A stretch of 64,000 bases of DNA from a virus (lineage: Duplodnaviria; Caudoviricetes), in the IMG/VR virus record IMGVR_UViG_3300042545_000821, positions 1 to 64,000 of that record; one strand, 5' to 3'. A program made the position numbers and the translations under genes. How positions within the stretch are numbered: position 1 is the stretch's first letter; each line of letters begins with the position of its first letter. The notes below the pieces were generated by a model that was not told the origin of the DNA, did not search any database, and saw only the letters and a program-made list of their open reading frames with translations. Positions 1 through 9,137 of this stretch are shown here, piece after piece.

Positions 1-1734
1 ATCCGCCCAGTATGCTTGGGCTAAAGCTGCCAAGTTAGCCTTCTCAAAAATAGATACAGATTGCTCTGGGCGTACCGGAACCGACTTAATTGGGAAGTAA
101 ACGACTGAAGTGTTGTTTGGATCCGTGACAGAGTCCTCGACTAGGTACTTTGCCTTTGTAAAGAGTTTTAACATTGGGTCAGACTTAGCGAATCTAATTG
201 AGCGTAGGATGTATTGACCACCGATAGGCCAGTGAACTCCAGGAGTTTCTCCTGCCAGGATTGACACAGTGCCGGAAGGCTTAATACTTGTAGTTTTGAT
301 TGACTCTCTGATACATAGCCATTCTGAGTACATCTTGTCCCACTTCTGGACTTCAGCGTAGCCAGTGTCTAACCACTCACGTAACTTAGGCAATCCCTGA
401 GTATCAGCAAAGGCTGCTAATCCAGAGGCTGAACAACCGATACGGCGGTTACGCTGCATGATTGCGTTAGTGTTTGGCCAGTGAGTAGGGATGAGTGTGA
501 CTGTCTTTGCGTAGAGATAGGCAAATTTGAGTGTACGCATATAGTCTTTAATGTCTGTATGGCGGTTGATATAGGTCTCAACGAGAGTACAACATTCGTA
601 AGACTCCAAAGTCTGCTCCGCACATGGGTTGTACCCTGCAGCTCGGTAATCTTTATTATTCTCCGGATCGACCAGACGGCCGTACTTCCTTGAAACATCT
701 AACCAGATAAATCCAGGCTCACCGTTTAGGGCAATAGCCTCTACGAATGGGCTGTAATCCATACCTACGGTTGCCTCTAAAGAGTTATTTGACATCCATC
801 CCCAACCCGGCTTATCTGGGTCATAGGAGTTTCTTTCAGGGAATACTGATGAATTCTTTAAGTCTACAAAGTCTTTATCGTCAGGTTGGCCCAAGGCAAG
901 TTCTGCTGAGCGGCGGACGTTTCCAGATACTACGCATACGCCAATAAGGTTTGCGATATCTACTATGTCCTTTGTACTTATTTTCTCTCCGGCTCGTCCC
1001 TTAAAGAGATTTGTAAGGGCCGTGTGGAGTCTCTCAAGTGGTTCGGATCCAGCTGCGGTTCCGCCGAACGTTTTGATTGGCGTACCTGCTGGACGGATCT
1101 CTTTGTAATCAAATACTGGAGTCTTCGAATCTGGTCGTAAGTAGGCATTGATGACAAGGGAGACTGACTCAACCCACCCTTCTCTGGTATCTGGGACGAC
1201 ATATGCTTGCTCACCTTCTGGCTTATAAATTGTGAATTCTTTATTGACACCCTTGGTATCAAACCCTACCCCGACACCTAGCATTGACGCTTCCATCAAA
1301 AATGTAAACGGTGTGGATGGGTCGTTCTTGCTCATATCTGAGGTGCTTACAAAAGCACAGTTCTGTAGAGCGGCTGAGTTCTTGCCTTCCATTACGAAAG
1401 GAGTTCCCATCATCCAAAGTCCTCGGCCTGGCGGAGTCCACTTAAGATTGAACATACGGTCAAAAGCTTCTTGAGCTGAAGCCTGGGCTTGCTGACCATT
1501 CCAGGGAAGTCGATTAGTTTTACAGTGATCCTTCTGAATAGAATACATGCCCTCGATTACTCGCTGGCAAACATCTACCCAAGTTTCTTTAGTGCCATCC
1601 TCTTTTAATCGTGAGTAAGTTCTCATAAAAGTAATTTCGCCTACCGAGTTTCCTCCGGCATCTGTGTACCCCCAAGGTACTTTCTTATCCTTATACGAGG
1701 CGACAAAATCTTCACTTAAATGAAACGAAAACAC
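1..1734 (-). CDS. nrdJ: Class II (adenosylcobalamin-dependent, monomeric RTPR-type) ribonucleotide reductase, truncated at left window edge
   Basis: Absent from ORF track; translated by hand from GTG at 1734 (GGAG upstream), open to base 1. Motifs RTYSR, WTPPGRGLW, VSGNVRRSAE, GYNPCAEQTLESYECCTLVE, TTSIKPSGTVSILAG. Confidence 0.93.
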   Translation of the reverse strand, partial: MFSFHLSEDFVASYKDKKVPWGYTDAGGNSVGEITFMRTYSRLKEDGTKETWVDVCQRVIEGMYSIQKDHCKTNRLPWNGQQAQASAQEAFDRMFNLKWTPPGRGLWMMGTPFVMEGKNSAALQNCAFVSTSDMSKNDPSTPFTFLMEASMLGVGVGFDTKGVNKEFTIYKPEGEQAYVVPDTREGWVESVSLVINAYLRPDSKTPVFDYKEIRPAGTPIKTFGGTAAGSEPLERLHTALTNLFKGRAGEKISTKDIVDIANLIGVCVVSGNVRRSAELALGQPDDKDFVDLKNSSVFPERNSYDPDKPGWGWMSNNSLEATVGMDYSPFVEAIALNGEPGFIWLDVSRKYGRLVDPENNKDYRAAGYNPCAEQTLESYECCTLVETYINRHTDIKDYMRTLKFAYLYAKTVTLIPTHWPNTNAIMQRNRRIGCSASGLAAFADTQGLPKLREWLDTGYAEVQKWDKMYSEWLCIRESIKTTSIKPSGTVSILAGETPGVHWPIGGQYILRSIRFAKSDPMLKLFTKAKYLVEDSVTDPNNTSVVYFPIKSVPVRPEQSVSIFEKANLAALAQAYWAD

Positions 1735-1761
1735 ACAGACTCCAATCAAAGGGTAATAGCA

Positions 1762-1778
1762 CTGTTATCAGATAACAG
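1762..1778. promoter_or_regulatory. Palindromic candidate operator upstream of nrdJ
   Basis: CTGTTATC-A-GATAACAG perfect 8-bp inverted repeat in intergenic DNA; near-identical copy at 2429-2449. Confidence 0.5.
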
Positions 1779-1784
1779 CGCAGG

Positions 1785-3278
1785 TTAATTTTCTAGATTA
1801 TCAGAGAGTATTCTAGTGGTATCTTCCTCAGAAAGCCCATCATTTGGTAGCTGTTTTAAGGTACTAGCACGATCTCCGAACAAAGCTGACATTACACCAC
1901 CAGAGGTTTGACGCTCTACAGTCATTCGAACAAACTCTTTATTTTCTTCAAGTTCTTTTAATTGCTTGATGATTTTAAACAATCTGTCTATCTCCTGTCC
2001 GGTATTTGGGTCAGGGTAACCACCATTTAACTCTTCCGCAAATCGTGCAAAAGCGACTCTAGAGCCCTGCATCTCAATAACTGCGTTTAAAAGAGCCTTT
2101 AATTGTTCTTTAGTCTTAACCTCAAGTGGAAGGTTAAAAGCGCAAGCTGCATCAGGTTTCATTGCAGGACAATTTGCGGCAACGAAACATGTGTTACATT
2201 GACGAAGCGAAACACCGCTTGTAGATAAGACTGGCGCTTCTTGTATAACGTCTCTTCCAGAAGAATCTCTTTCAATTATTGATTTTGTACTTACAGAAAA
2301 TACTGGTAAAGTACGCATTTCTTCAGGGGTTCTTCCCCTAATTACGGCAGAATCTTTCCGCACTTCTAGGGGTCTATTATCAGGTTCCGCACCCCCTGTT
2401 TCCGCAGAACCTGGGTCGTCCTTGTACACACTGTTATCAGATAATAGTGGGACCATATTCTTATTTAAAGATGCCTCTAGCTGTAGGTATGACCAAATCG
2501 CTAATTTAGTAACTTCCTTGCTATCGTCTTCCATAATCAAATCAAAATCTAATCCGGCCTTCTCGATGATAGCTTTGTATCTTGGTCGGGCTTGATCTTT
2601 CATCTTCTTTTGATATCTAACCAGGCGAGAGCCGTTCCAGACTATGGTTTCTCCACGCATCATAGGCGAGAGCCAGGATAGGGTGCTAGCGGTGCTCAGA
2701 GGCACCTGTCGCAGATTTGCAGGGTTAGCACAAGCTAATCCGTGGAAGGAAGTGTCAAACTGTGACTTCAATGCTCGTGTGCGTGCTGAGAGCGTTAAAT
2801 CGGTATCTAAAGTTTCTCCAAGGATAGCCACATGCTCGTATCCTTGAGACAGGCTCATTAAGGCTGGATGTCCTAAGGCACTATTCCAAACTGCCATAAA
2901 TCGGTCAGTTCCAAAGTCTTCCCAAAAAGATTTTCGTTGCTCATTGATCCAAGCTGGTCCAAGGGCTCTGGCATCGATTTCTGTAGCCATAAAGATTTTA
3001 TCTTCATTCGTAACTACCCAATCTTGATACTCTCCCGCGTATTCTTCGAGTTCTCCCACAGATAGAGACTCTTTATTAACCTGATATCCGCCCCCATCTA
3101 CGTAGATACGTACATCATCTGGGTACTTTTCAGACAAAAGGTATTCTTTGGTCTTTGGTAGGCCTCGCTTTACCAGGCGCCAATAGTTAATTCCAATGTG
3201 CTTGACTCCAGCATCGATCAAAAGCTTACGGTGTGATGGGACTTCTCCACCTAGAAATACTAGATCCATCATTCCCAC
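1785..3278 (-). CDS. Divergent TGT (tRNA-guanine transglycosylase)-like protein with C-terminal Cys4 domain
   Basis: YVDGGGY, TEID, AVWN, FHGLA, STASTLSW parallel the DSGG/HxxG/SxDS motifs of TGT-like barrels; C-terminal CNTC-x5-C-x8-C. Confidence 0.5.
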   Translation of the reverse strand: MGMMDLVFLGGEVPSHRKLLIDAGVKHIGINYWRLVKRGLPKTKEYLLSEKYPDDVRIYVDGGGYQVNKESLSVGELEEYAGEYQDWVVTNEDKIFMATEIDARALGPAWINEQRKSFWEDFGTDRFMAVWNSALGHPALMSLSQGYEHVAILGETLDTDLTLSARTRALKSQFDTSFHGLACANPANLRQVPLSTASTLSWLSPMMRGETIVWNGSRLVRYQKKMKDQARPRYKAIIEKAGLDFDLIMEDDSKEVTKLAIWSYLQLEASLNKNMVPLLSDNSVYKDDPGSAETGGAEPDNRPLEVRKDSAVIRGRTPEEMRTLPVFSVSTKSIIERDSSGRDVIQEAPVLSTSGVSLRQCNTCFVAANCPAMKPDAACAFNLPLEVKTKEQLKALLNAVIEMQGSRVAFARFAEELNGGYPDPNTGQEIDRLFKIIKQLKELEENKEFVRMTVERQTSGGVMSALFGDRASTLKQLPNDGLSEEDTTRILSDNLEN

Positions 3279-3733
3279 CTTCTTAAAGCGCTGTCGGTCA
3301 TCATTTGAATACTCAATTCTCTTTGAGCTTTTACTTCTTCTTTAAGCTCTTCCCACGGGCGAACAGGGCGCTTTCTACGAACAAACGTAGGGGATAAGAA
3401 TAACATAGTAGGTACTCCAGCATTCATGGCTGCTGCAGACCTATCTACATCACAGTCTATAAATAGTTCAACCTCACCTTGAGATCTAGCGTAAGCTAAA
3501 TGGCGCATACGTAAATCTTGCCCCTCAAAAGCTAACCTATTGTCATACAAATCTGCGTAACCTAAGATTAAATTAGCTCTGCACCAATGCTCGGCTTCTT
3601 CAATTGTCCCATCAGTAGCTAGAACAACGCGATAGTGCTCGTTCATTACGCGAAATAGCTTTATTCCAGCGTGTATTGGGTCGCCAGTTTCTGTTCTAAG
3701 TACGCCGTCTAGTGAAATAAGTGCTGTTGCCAT
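3269..3733 (-). CDS. HAD-superfamily-like protein (degenerate motif I)
   Basis: ISLDGVLRT (DxDGxL with first Asp replaced by Ser), VLATD, LFIDCD. Confidence 0.55.
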   Translation of the reverse strand: MATALISLDGVLRTETGDPIHAGIKLFRVMNEHYRVVLATDGTIEEAEHWCRANLILGYADLYDNRLAFEGQDLRMRHLAYARSQGEVELFIDCDVDRSAAAMNAGVPTMLFLSPTFVRRKRPVRPWEELKEEVKAQRELSIQMMTDSALRRWE

Positions 3734-4651
3734 TTATGGTCTCCGATGTGTAGCGGCTCTCCTAATCAAGGTTTCCGTGTCAGGTAAAACCATTCCGTAG
3801 GTTTCTAATTCTTTTTCTTCTTTTGCGCTGTCTCTGTAATCTTTTATTGCTTTCAACGCGTGTATTGCGCCAGATTGCTTTCCAGCTTGCCAGCGATAAT
3901 TATTAAAGTCTTCGTAGCCAGAACCTATACTGCTAAAGGCAACTTTTCTACCCTCATGAATACTGTTATAGAACGCAACGGCTTGATCTACAACATCCTC
4001 TAAACGTCTTTGAGCGTTTAATCTATACGCTGGATTAGTGGTAGCTTGAACTTCGTTTAAAGCTTGAGCATACCTATTAACTAATTCGAGAGCTGTTTCA
4101 TAATCTTTTTCTGCTTTGTTTTCCCAAGCTCTTGGGTCAGGTTTAGATCTAGGATTACGGTTAGGCTCTACTGTCCAAGAGTCTGAGGTTAAGTTATACG
4201 CGGCATATGGGTTGATGTCTCGTATATCAGACTGAGGATTGACATAGTACGTGAGTTCATACCCTTCCCAATTTCTGGTGTTAGGCATTAAATCAGTATT
4301 AAAGTCTTTATTAAACATATGAGCGATCTCATCGTTAGACAAGCCTAGATAGTCATTGTTGTATTTTCTAAAGGTTGTGTAATCAACGCCCACTAAACAA
4401 TCTAAATCTGCAGGGTCTCGTGTTGCAGACCACTGATAAGATACGCCGGATCCAGCTAACCAGACCGTAGTCCAAGACTCTGCATTCATGTATCGCACTT
4501 TTAGGTGCTCGTAAAGAAGTCTCTGTATTCCATTACGCACCCAAGGACGAAGATGAGTACCTATAAATAATCTAGGGTCAAGCTCTGTTTCAGGCTTGCT
4601 GAAGTAGGAGGTATCGCTAGGGGATAGGCTTACTTCTGAAAATCTCTCCAT
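3734..4651 (-). CDS. Pol-beta-superfamily nucleotidyltransferase
   Basis: hAGS-x-DLD signature (LAGSGVSYQWSATRDPADLDCLV), downstream acidic residue in YELTYY, helical C-terminus. Confidence 0.65.
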   Translation of the reverse strand: MERFSEVSLSPSDTSYFSKPETELDPRLFIGTHLRPWVRNGIQRLLYEHLKVRYMNAESWTTVWLAGSGVSYQWSATRDPADLDCLVGVDYTTFRKYNNDYLGLSNDEIAHMFNKDFNTDLMPNTRNWEGYELTYYVNPQSDIRDINPYAAYNLTSDSWTVEPNRNPRSKPDPRAWENKAEKDYETALELVNRYAQALNEVQATTNPAYRLNAQRRLEDVVDQAVAFYNSIHEGRKVAFSSIGSGYEDFNNYRWQAGKQSGAIHALKAIKDYRDSAKEEKELETYGMVLPDTETLIRRAATHRRP

Positions 4652-4663
4652 AGGTACTATTCT

Positions 4664-4819
4664 TCATCCTCGATAGGTGTATGTCTCAGTTAACTCTTTA
4701 ACAATGAACTTAGAGAACCCTAAAGTATTAAAAATTAAGGCTCCCTGGTCATTAAGTACAAACCAGATTTGTTTGCTTTCTAGGAATTGTTTCAAAACGC
4801 CCTTTATAAAGGCCTCCAT
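4664..4819 (-). CDS. Small hypothetical protein (51 aa)
   Basis: Hand-translated MEAFIKGVLKQFLESKQIWF...YTYRG; fills the gap between co-oriented genes. Confidence 0.45.
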   Translation of the reverse strand: MEAFIKGVLKQFLESKQIWFVLNDQGALIFNTLGFSKFIVKELTETYTYRG

Positions 4820-4822
4820 GAT

Positions 4823-5065
4823 TTACTCTGTTTCAGCAGAAGCTTTTTGATTTGCTGAAGCTAGCTTTACAAGAGTGTATTCTGCTGCAGACTGAGCGTT
4901 AAGATCCATTAATAACTCAGACGTGTAACGTCGCACTTCTCGCAAAGTTGCAGGTCGTTCTACTCCCATAGAAAATGCTTCTGGGTTAGTTTCTAAATAT
5001 ACATTTCCTTCTAGGTCTATAAGTACTGCAAATCCAATAACAAAAGTCTTTTTTTCTTCAACCAT
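4823..5065 (-). CDS. Hypothetical protein
   Basis: ORF track, co-oriented, GGA upstream. Confidence 0.7.
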   Translation of the reverse strand: MVEEKKTFVIGFAVLIDLEGNVYLETNPEAFSMGVERPATLREVRRYTSELLMDLNAQSAAEYTLVKLASANQKASAETE

Positions 5066-5074
5066 TTTTTATTC

Positions 5075-5659
5075 CTATTCGTTGTACATTCCGGTTTTTT
5101 TACGCTGTTGCGTAACTACGTGAGTTTTTACTGGACAAAAGTCACAAAGAAATACGTCGGTACCTGCGGACTGTGCTGGCATAGGAAGTCCTGCTTCCTT
5201 ACGTTCAGCATGAGTCTTAGGAATAAGCCGCTTCTTTGAATCTCTCCAGTCAGGGCATCCACCTTTAGGGCGGAGATGATCCGAATAACACTTCATAGCA
5301 TCTTCGTAAAAAGTAGCTTTAGTAGTGTAGTAGTCTGGATCAATATCAGCTAATCCTCCACCTACGCGGTTTCGGATATTTTTTATAATTTCTTTTCTAA
5401 ACTTTTCTTGTGCCCAGAGCTTCACGCCGATACGAGATAGAAAACCTGTGTGAGGTATTCCAGCACTATTATGCTTTTCAACAGCTAGCTCTAAGAAAAT
5501 ATCATCGTCTGAGTTGCCCTCAAAATCAGGCAGCTCTTCGATTGATTTACAGTTATAACAGTAGAGTAGCCTAATCTTAGGCCCTTCATCGCGGACCTCT
5601 ACGTACTCTCCATTTTGATCAGCAGGCAGACCGCCTTGACCTAAAATTGGTACTCCCAT
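5075..5659 (-). CDS. Hypothetical Cys-containing (likely Zn-binding) protein
   Basis: CYNC, CYSDH, CDFC motifs; GAGG RBS. Confidence 0.7.
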   Translation of the reverse strand: MGVPILGQGGLPADQNGEYVEVRDEGPKIRLLYCYNCKSIEELPDFEGNSDDDIFLELAVEKHNSAGIPHTGFLSRIGVKLWAQEKFRKEIIKNIRNRVGGGLADIDPDYYTTKATFYEDAMKCYSDHLRPKGGCPDWRDSKKRLIPKTHAERKEAGLPMPAQSAGTDVFLCDFCPVKTHVVTQQRKKTGMYNE

Positions 5660-5691
5660 AATATTCCTCTCTATAGGAGGAACATCTTACC

Positions 5692-6156
5692 CTATCCTCC
5701 GGCTTTTCCTTCTTTCCTATCACGATACCTAATGCCCACATTAGTCTTTTTACGTACCGCCTCTAGCTGTGCAGGTGTGTAGTCGGGTAACCTAGTAACT
5801 TTATATGTACGCCCATTTCTAACCTCTTCGGTAACCTCTATACCACTTGGTTTAGGGGTCTTTTTTCTAGCCCCTCTTTTGACAGGCGGCTCAGAATGTT
5901 TGGGATTTAGCTCGTCTGCTTCTTGTTCAGTTATATGGCCGTCCTTTAATGCAACTCTAACGCTAGAAGCGGTAGGAGTTATTCCTGTTGACCTATCTAC
6001 AGGAGATCTTTTTACTTTTATTTTTTTAGGTTGATCAGAAAGCTTTGGGTGTCTTCTTACGAACCCTGGATCTGTGGGCGCAAGGTTAGCATCCATACGT
6101 TCTTGTCTTTTAGGGCCAGCCCCAGGAAAACGATATATTCTACCTGGGCGCTTCAT
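5692..6156 (-). CDS. Basic (Lys/Arg-rich) hypothetical protein
   Basis: ORF track; overlaps upstream stop. Confidence 0.65.
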   Translation of the reverse strand: MKRPGRIYRFPGAGPKRQERMDANLAPTDPGFVRRHPKLSDQPKKIKVKRSPVDRSTGITPTASSVRVALKDGHITEQEADELNPKHSEPPVKRGARKKTPKPSGIEVTEEVRNGRTYKVTRLPDYTPAQLEAVRKKTNVGIRYRDRKEGKAGG

Positions 6157-6944
6157 TTAACTAATCCGGCGTCTAGCTCTCCTCTACGACCCTTTACTTC
6201 AAAAACTGCGCGATTTACGTACGCAGGAGATTCGCTAATTGATAGCGGGTGTCTAGGTACTGTATCTACTTTAGGATCTGCTTGGCCTAATTTATAATCA
6301 GGACCGTCTGGGTTTTCCCATTGTCCAGGAGCATTTTTAAGTCTATGTGCCATTACGGGGATAGTTGCTGCAACTCTTTCCGGATCCATAGCGTCTACTA
6401 TTGCGTTAACAATACTAACGCCTGGGCGTCCGGTGCCAGAAGAAGATTTAAACCTACTAGGATTTCTTTTAATTCGTTCTGGAGAAGACGCAACAAGTTT
6501 ATTAGGAACTGACTCTTCATAGTCACTATCTTGAACATCAAACATATCGGCTACTTGAGCAGTCATATTAGTGCTTGTAGGCACAGGTAAACCACGCTTT
6601 TTAGCATTTTTAATTGCTGTTTCTTTACAGTCATAGCACATTGGGGCATAGTGAGTGCCTCCGTCATGCGGAATAGAAACTAAGTTTGTACCCTTTTGCT
6701 CACAGTTAGTGCCAAAGCAAGCGTGACGGTCTCTTTGAGCTCCGCCAGTAGCTAATCCCGTACCTTTTGCGGTTTTATTTCCTTTATTGCCACGTTTTCC
6801 ACGCTGTTTAGGGGCAACATAACTTCCACCTTCAAAGCCAACGCCACCTACAGTGGCCATTGTTTCTCTTATTGAGTCTAAAGCTGGTCGACTACCGCCA
6901 GGGGTTTCGGTCATTAACTCCGAAAACTTAGTATCATCTGCCAC
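6153..6944 (-). CDS. Hypothetical protein with Cys4 motif
   Basis: CFGTNC...CYDC. Confidence 0.65.
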   Translation of the reverse strand: MADDTKFSELMTETPGGSRPALDSIRETMATVGGVGFEGGSYVAPKQRGKRGNKGNKTAKGTGLATGGAQRDRHACFGTNCEQKGTNLVSIPHDGGTHYAPMCYDCKETAIKNAKKRGLPVPTSTNMTAQVADMFDVQDSDYEESVPNKLVASSPERIKRNPSRFKSSSGTGRPGVSIVNAIVDAMDPERVAATIPVMAHRLKNAPGQWENPDGPDYKLGQADPKVDTVPRHPLSISESPAYVNRAVFEVKGRRGELDAGLVK

Positions 6945-7270
6945 TATAAATTTAACCCATCAATACTAGGGTAATTTTTAAAGTCTTTTGTTACACAAGT
7001 GGCGCAGTCCATCCCAAAGTGGGCAATTCTAGATCCACCAGCGGTCGTACCGGGCTCTTGTTGTTTAGGTCCTATGTCTCTTTTAGCATCTTTTGCCATT
7101 AATGATTTTAAGTGCGTGTCAAACCGCGCTGAAACATCAGCAGGCATCTTTTTTTTACTCCCGCGGTTTACTATCGCATCTTTAACCTTAGTTTTTGCAG
7201 CACGAAGGTCTCCCGCAGCTCGAGAGTTTTTAATACGTTTAAGGTCACCCTTTAGCGTTCTTTTTGCCAT
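6944..7270 (-). CDS. Basic hypothetical protein
   Basis: Lys-rich, CATC near C-terminus. Confidence 0.65.
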   Translation of the reverse strand: MAKRTLKGDLKRIKNSRAAGDLRAAKTKVKDAIVNRGSKKKMPADVSARFDTHLKSLMAKDAKRDIGPKQQEPGTTAGGSRIAHFGMDCATCVTKDFKNYPSIDGLNL

Positions 7271-7273
7271 TAC

Positions 7274-7546
7274 CTAGTCCGTAGGAAGAGTTTGGTTATA
7301 AGTCTTATCTATCATAGGGCGGCGACCTAAAGCAGCTTCTGCCTTAAGTGGGTTTACTTTTGTTGGTGACTCAGAGTCGATGAAGTCATAGTTCCAATAA
7401 GGATTTAAGCCACGACGGTTTGCAAGCATGATTTCGTCACCTGTGCCAGGAGCAACAGTTGTGTTAGGACGAACTTTGCGGTACTTGCCGTCTGTTGCGC
7501 CCTCGTCCATAGACTTATTAAGTGAGCGTGATTCGTTAGTAGCCAT
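7274..7546 (-). CDS. Hypothetical protein
   Basis: Likely start MATNESRS at 7546 (TAATG overlap with upstream stop). Confidence 0.65.
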   Translation of the reverse strand: MATNESRSLNKSMDEGATDGKYRKVRPNTTVAPGTGDEIMLANRRGLNPYWNYDFIDSESPTKVNPLKAEAALGRRPMIDKTYNQTLPTD

Positions 7547-7899
7547 TATTTTTTCACCCATTCAGTTGCTGAACGAACTCCACTATTGTAAGTAGGATCT
7601 GTTTTTTGTTTCTCAATGGTCTTGTCTAATTTCTTTGCTGCGGTACGTAGAGCTGTTCCTCTATCTACCCTTTCGCCAGATCCAGAGCGACCTGAATAGC
7701 CATAGTCAGCCTCATACTTAACGTCTTCACGGTCGTAATGATTTTGACGTCTTTCGTCATCAGTAGGCTTTGGCCCTGCATCACGAAGTGCGCCTGACTT
7801 TGCCATGGCTTGTATTGCAGCAATAGTGTCCGCACTTCCTTTTTTATCTTTACCAAACTTAAAAGGTTTTCTTTTACCGTCGCGACGTGGTGGTCTCAT
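7546..7899 (-). CDS. Basic hypothetical protein
   Basis: ORF track, tightly packed. Confidence 0.65.
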   Translation of the reverse strand: MRPPRRDGKRKPFKFGKDKKGSADTIAAIQAMAKSGALRDAGPKPTDDERRQNHYDREDVKYEADYGYSGRSGSGERVDRGTALRTAAKKLDKTIEKQKTDPTYNSGVRSATEWVKK

Positions 7900-7901
7900 T
7901 T

Positions 7902-8273
7902 TTATTCATCCATCTTTCTCTTTTTAATAGGTGCATTTTTGCCCCAACCTTTGGACTTCTCAACACGAGGCTTTACTTTTTGACCTGCTTTTCTTTTTGC
8001 ATCAACATAGTGGTCACGAGTCTTAGGTCCGCCACCCATACCACGTTGGCGCTCAACGAACTCTTTGCTATCTTCAACAACTACTTTTCTAGGAAGAACT
8101 TTTCGTGCCTCGTTAATGGTTCCTTTAACCTTGTCCTTAACTTTTTCTAACTTTGGGTGTGCTTCACGCTTTTTTGCGTCTTTTGCTGCAGCTGCCTTTT
8201 TACGCGCAGCTTGCTCGCGCTTTGGTACGCCAGAAAGATAATCAGTACCTTTGTATGCGTCTTTTTTTGCCAT
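7902..8273 (-). CDS. Lys-rich hypothetical protein
   Basis: Very high K/R content. Confidence 0.65.
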   Translation of the reverse strand: MAKKDAYKGTDYLSGVPKREQAARKKAAAAKDAKKREAHPKLEKVKDKVKGTINEARKVLPRKVVVEDSKEFVERQRGMGGGPKTRDHYVDAKRKAGQKVKPRVEKSKGWGKNAPIKKRKMDE

Positions 8274-8627
8274 TTATTTATTTCCTTTTCTTTTTGGCTT
8301 CGTATTTGCGGAGCTTTTTTTCTTATTCTTAACTGCTTCTTTTGCCTTAGCTTTTTGCATTTCGTGATCTTTTAAACTTTTTTCCTTTAAAGGGACAACC
8401 TTCATTTTGTTATTGACTTTAGGGCCTTTGGGATTATCCGGATTAGCCCCCGCACCAGCATAAGCTTTTTTAGGCTTTTCTTTTTCTCTAATAACTCGGC
8501 CAAAGTATTCACCGTCATTTTTATCGGGTTTAATGCCATAACTGCCTTTGCTAGGCGCTTTAGGCAGGCCAACACCAAACTTCTTCTTTGGGCCGTCATC
8601 ATCTGCTGAGGCTACTGCTGTTTTCAT
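8274..8627 (-). CDS. Lys-rich hypothetical protein
   Basis: Very high K content. Confidence 0.65.
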   Translation of the reverse strand: MKTAVASADDDGPKKKFGVGLPKAPSKGSYGIKPDKNDGEYFGRVIREKEKPKKAYAGAGANPDNPKGPKVNNKMKVVPLKEKSLKDHEMQKAKAKEAVKNKKKSSANTKPKRKGNK

Positions 8628-8647
8628 GGTTCTATTTTTCCCTATTC

Positions 8648-8977
8648 TTATTGATCTGGCGCCTTAAACTTTTTGCGAACTTTGGCAATTCTGGGCCTTA
8701 TGACCTTTTTGCTTCGAGCTACAAATTTCTCACTATGTCGGTATTTAGATATAGCTGCGGGAGAACCAGGATTAATACCCATAGATTGTTTAGATACCCA
8801 AGGGGCTCGACGGGCTTGTTTTGACCAGCCGCTGCTCATAGACCCAGTGGTTGCACCGCCGGGAGCTAATCTAGCCTTTGCTTTTGGTGTTTGAGAAGCT
8901 TTGCTACCGCCTATTGCTCTAGGAGGTGCTTTAGGTTTAGGGGGTTTAGGAGCACTACCTTTCGCCACGAGATCCAC
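8648..8977 (-). CDS. Basic Pro/Lys-rich hypothetical protein
   Basis: ORF track; true start may be the GTG of VAKGSAPK. Confidence 0.6.
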   Translation of the reverse strand: MDLVAKGSAPKPPKPKAPPRAIGGSKASQTPKAKARLAPGGATTGSMSSGWSKQARRAPWVSKQSMGINPGSPAAISKYRHSEKFVARSKKVIRPRIAKVRKKFKAPDQ

Positions 8978-9137
8978 CTCCCATTGCAGACTTAGCGTGT
9001 TTTTTATACATAAGATTTCGGCACTCTACACATAGCCCAGTATCCCCAGAGTAAAGAACCTCGAGGGGAGTCATTAGCTCATCGCATTTTGGACAGAACT
9101 TTGACCCAGAGTATACAGACTTAGTAGCGTATTCCAT
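8955..9137 (-). CDS. Small zinc-ribbon protein
   Basis: CPKC...CVEC. Confidence 0.6.
   Translation of the reverse strand: MEYATKSVYSGSKFCPKCDELMTPLEVLYSGDTGLCVECRNLMYKKHAKSAMGGGSRGER

Noticed and set aside
417-1474. Short ORFs listed in the track at the left edge
   Set aside because: All overlap the continuous nrdJ frame and lack motifs
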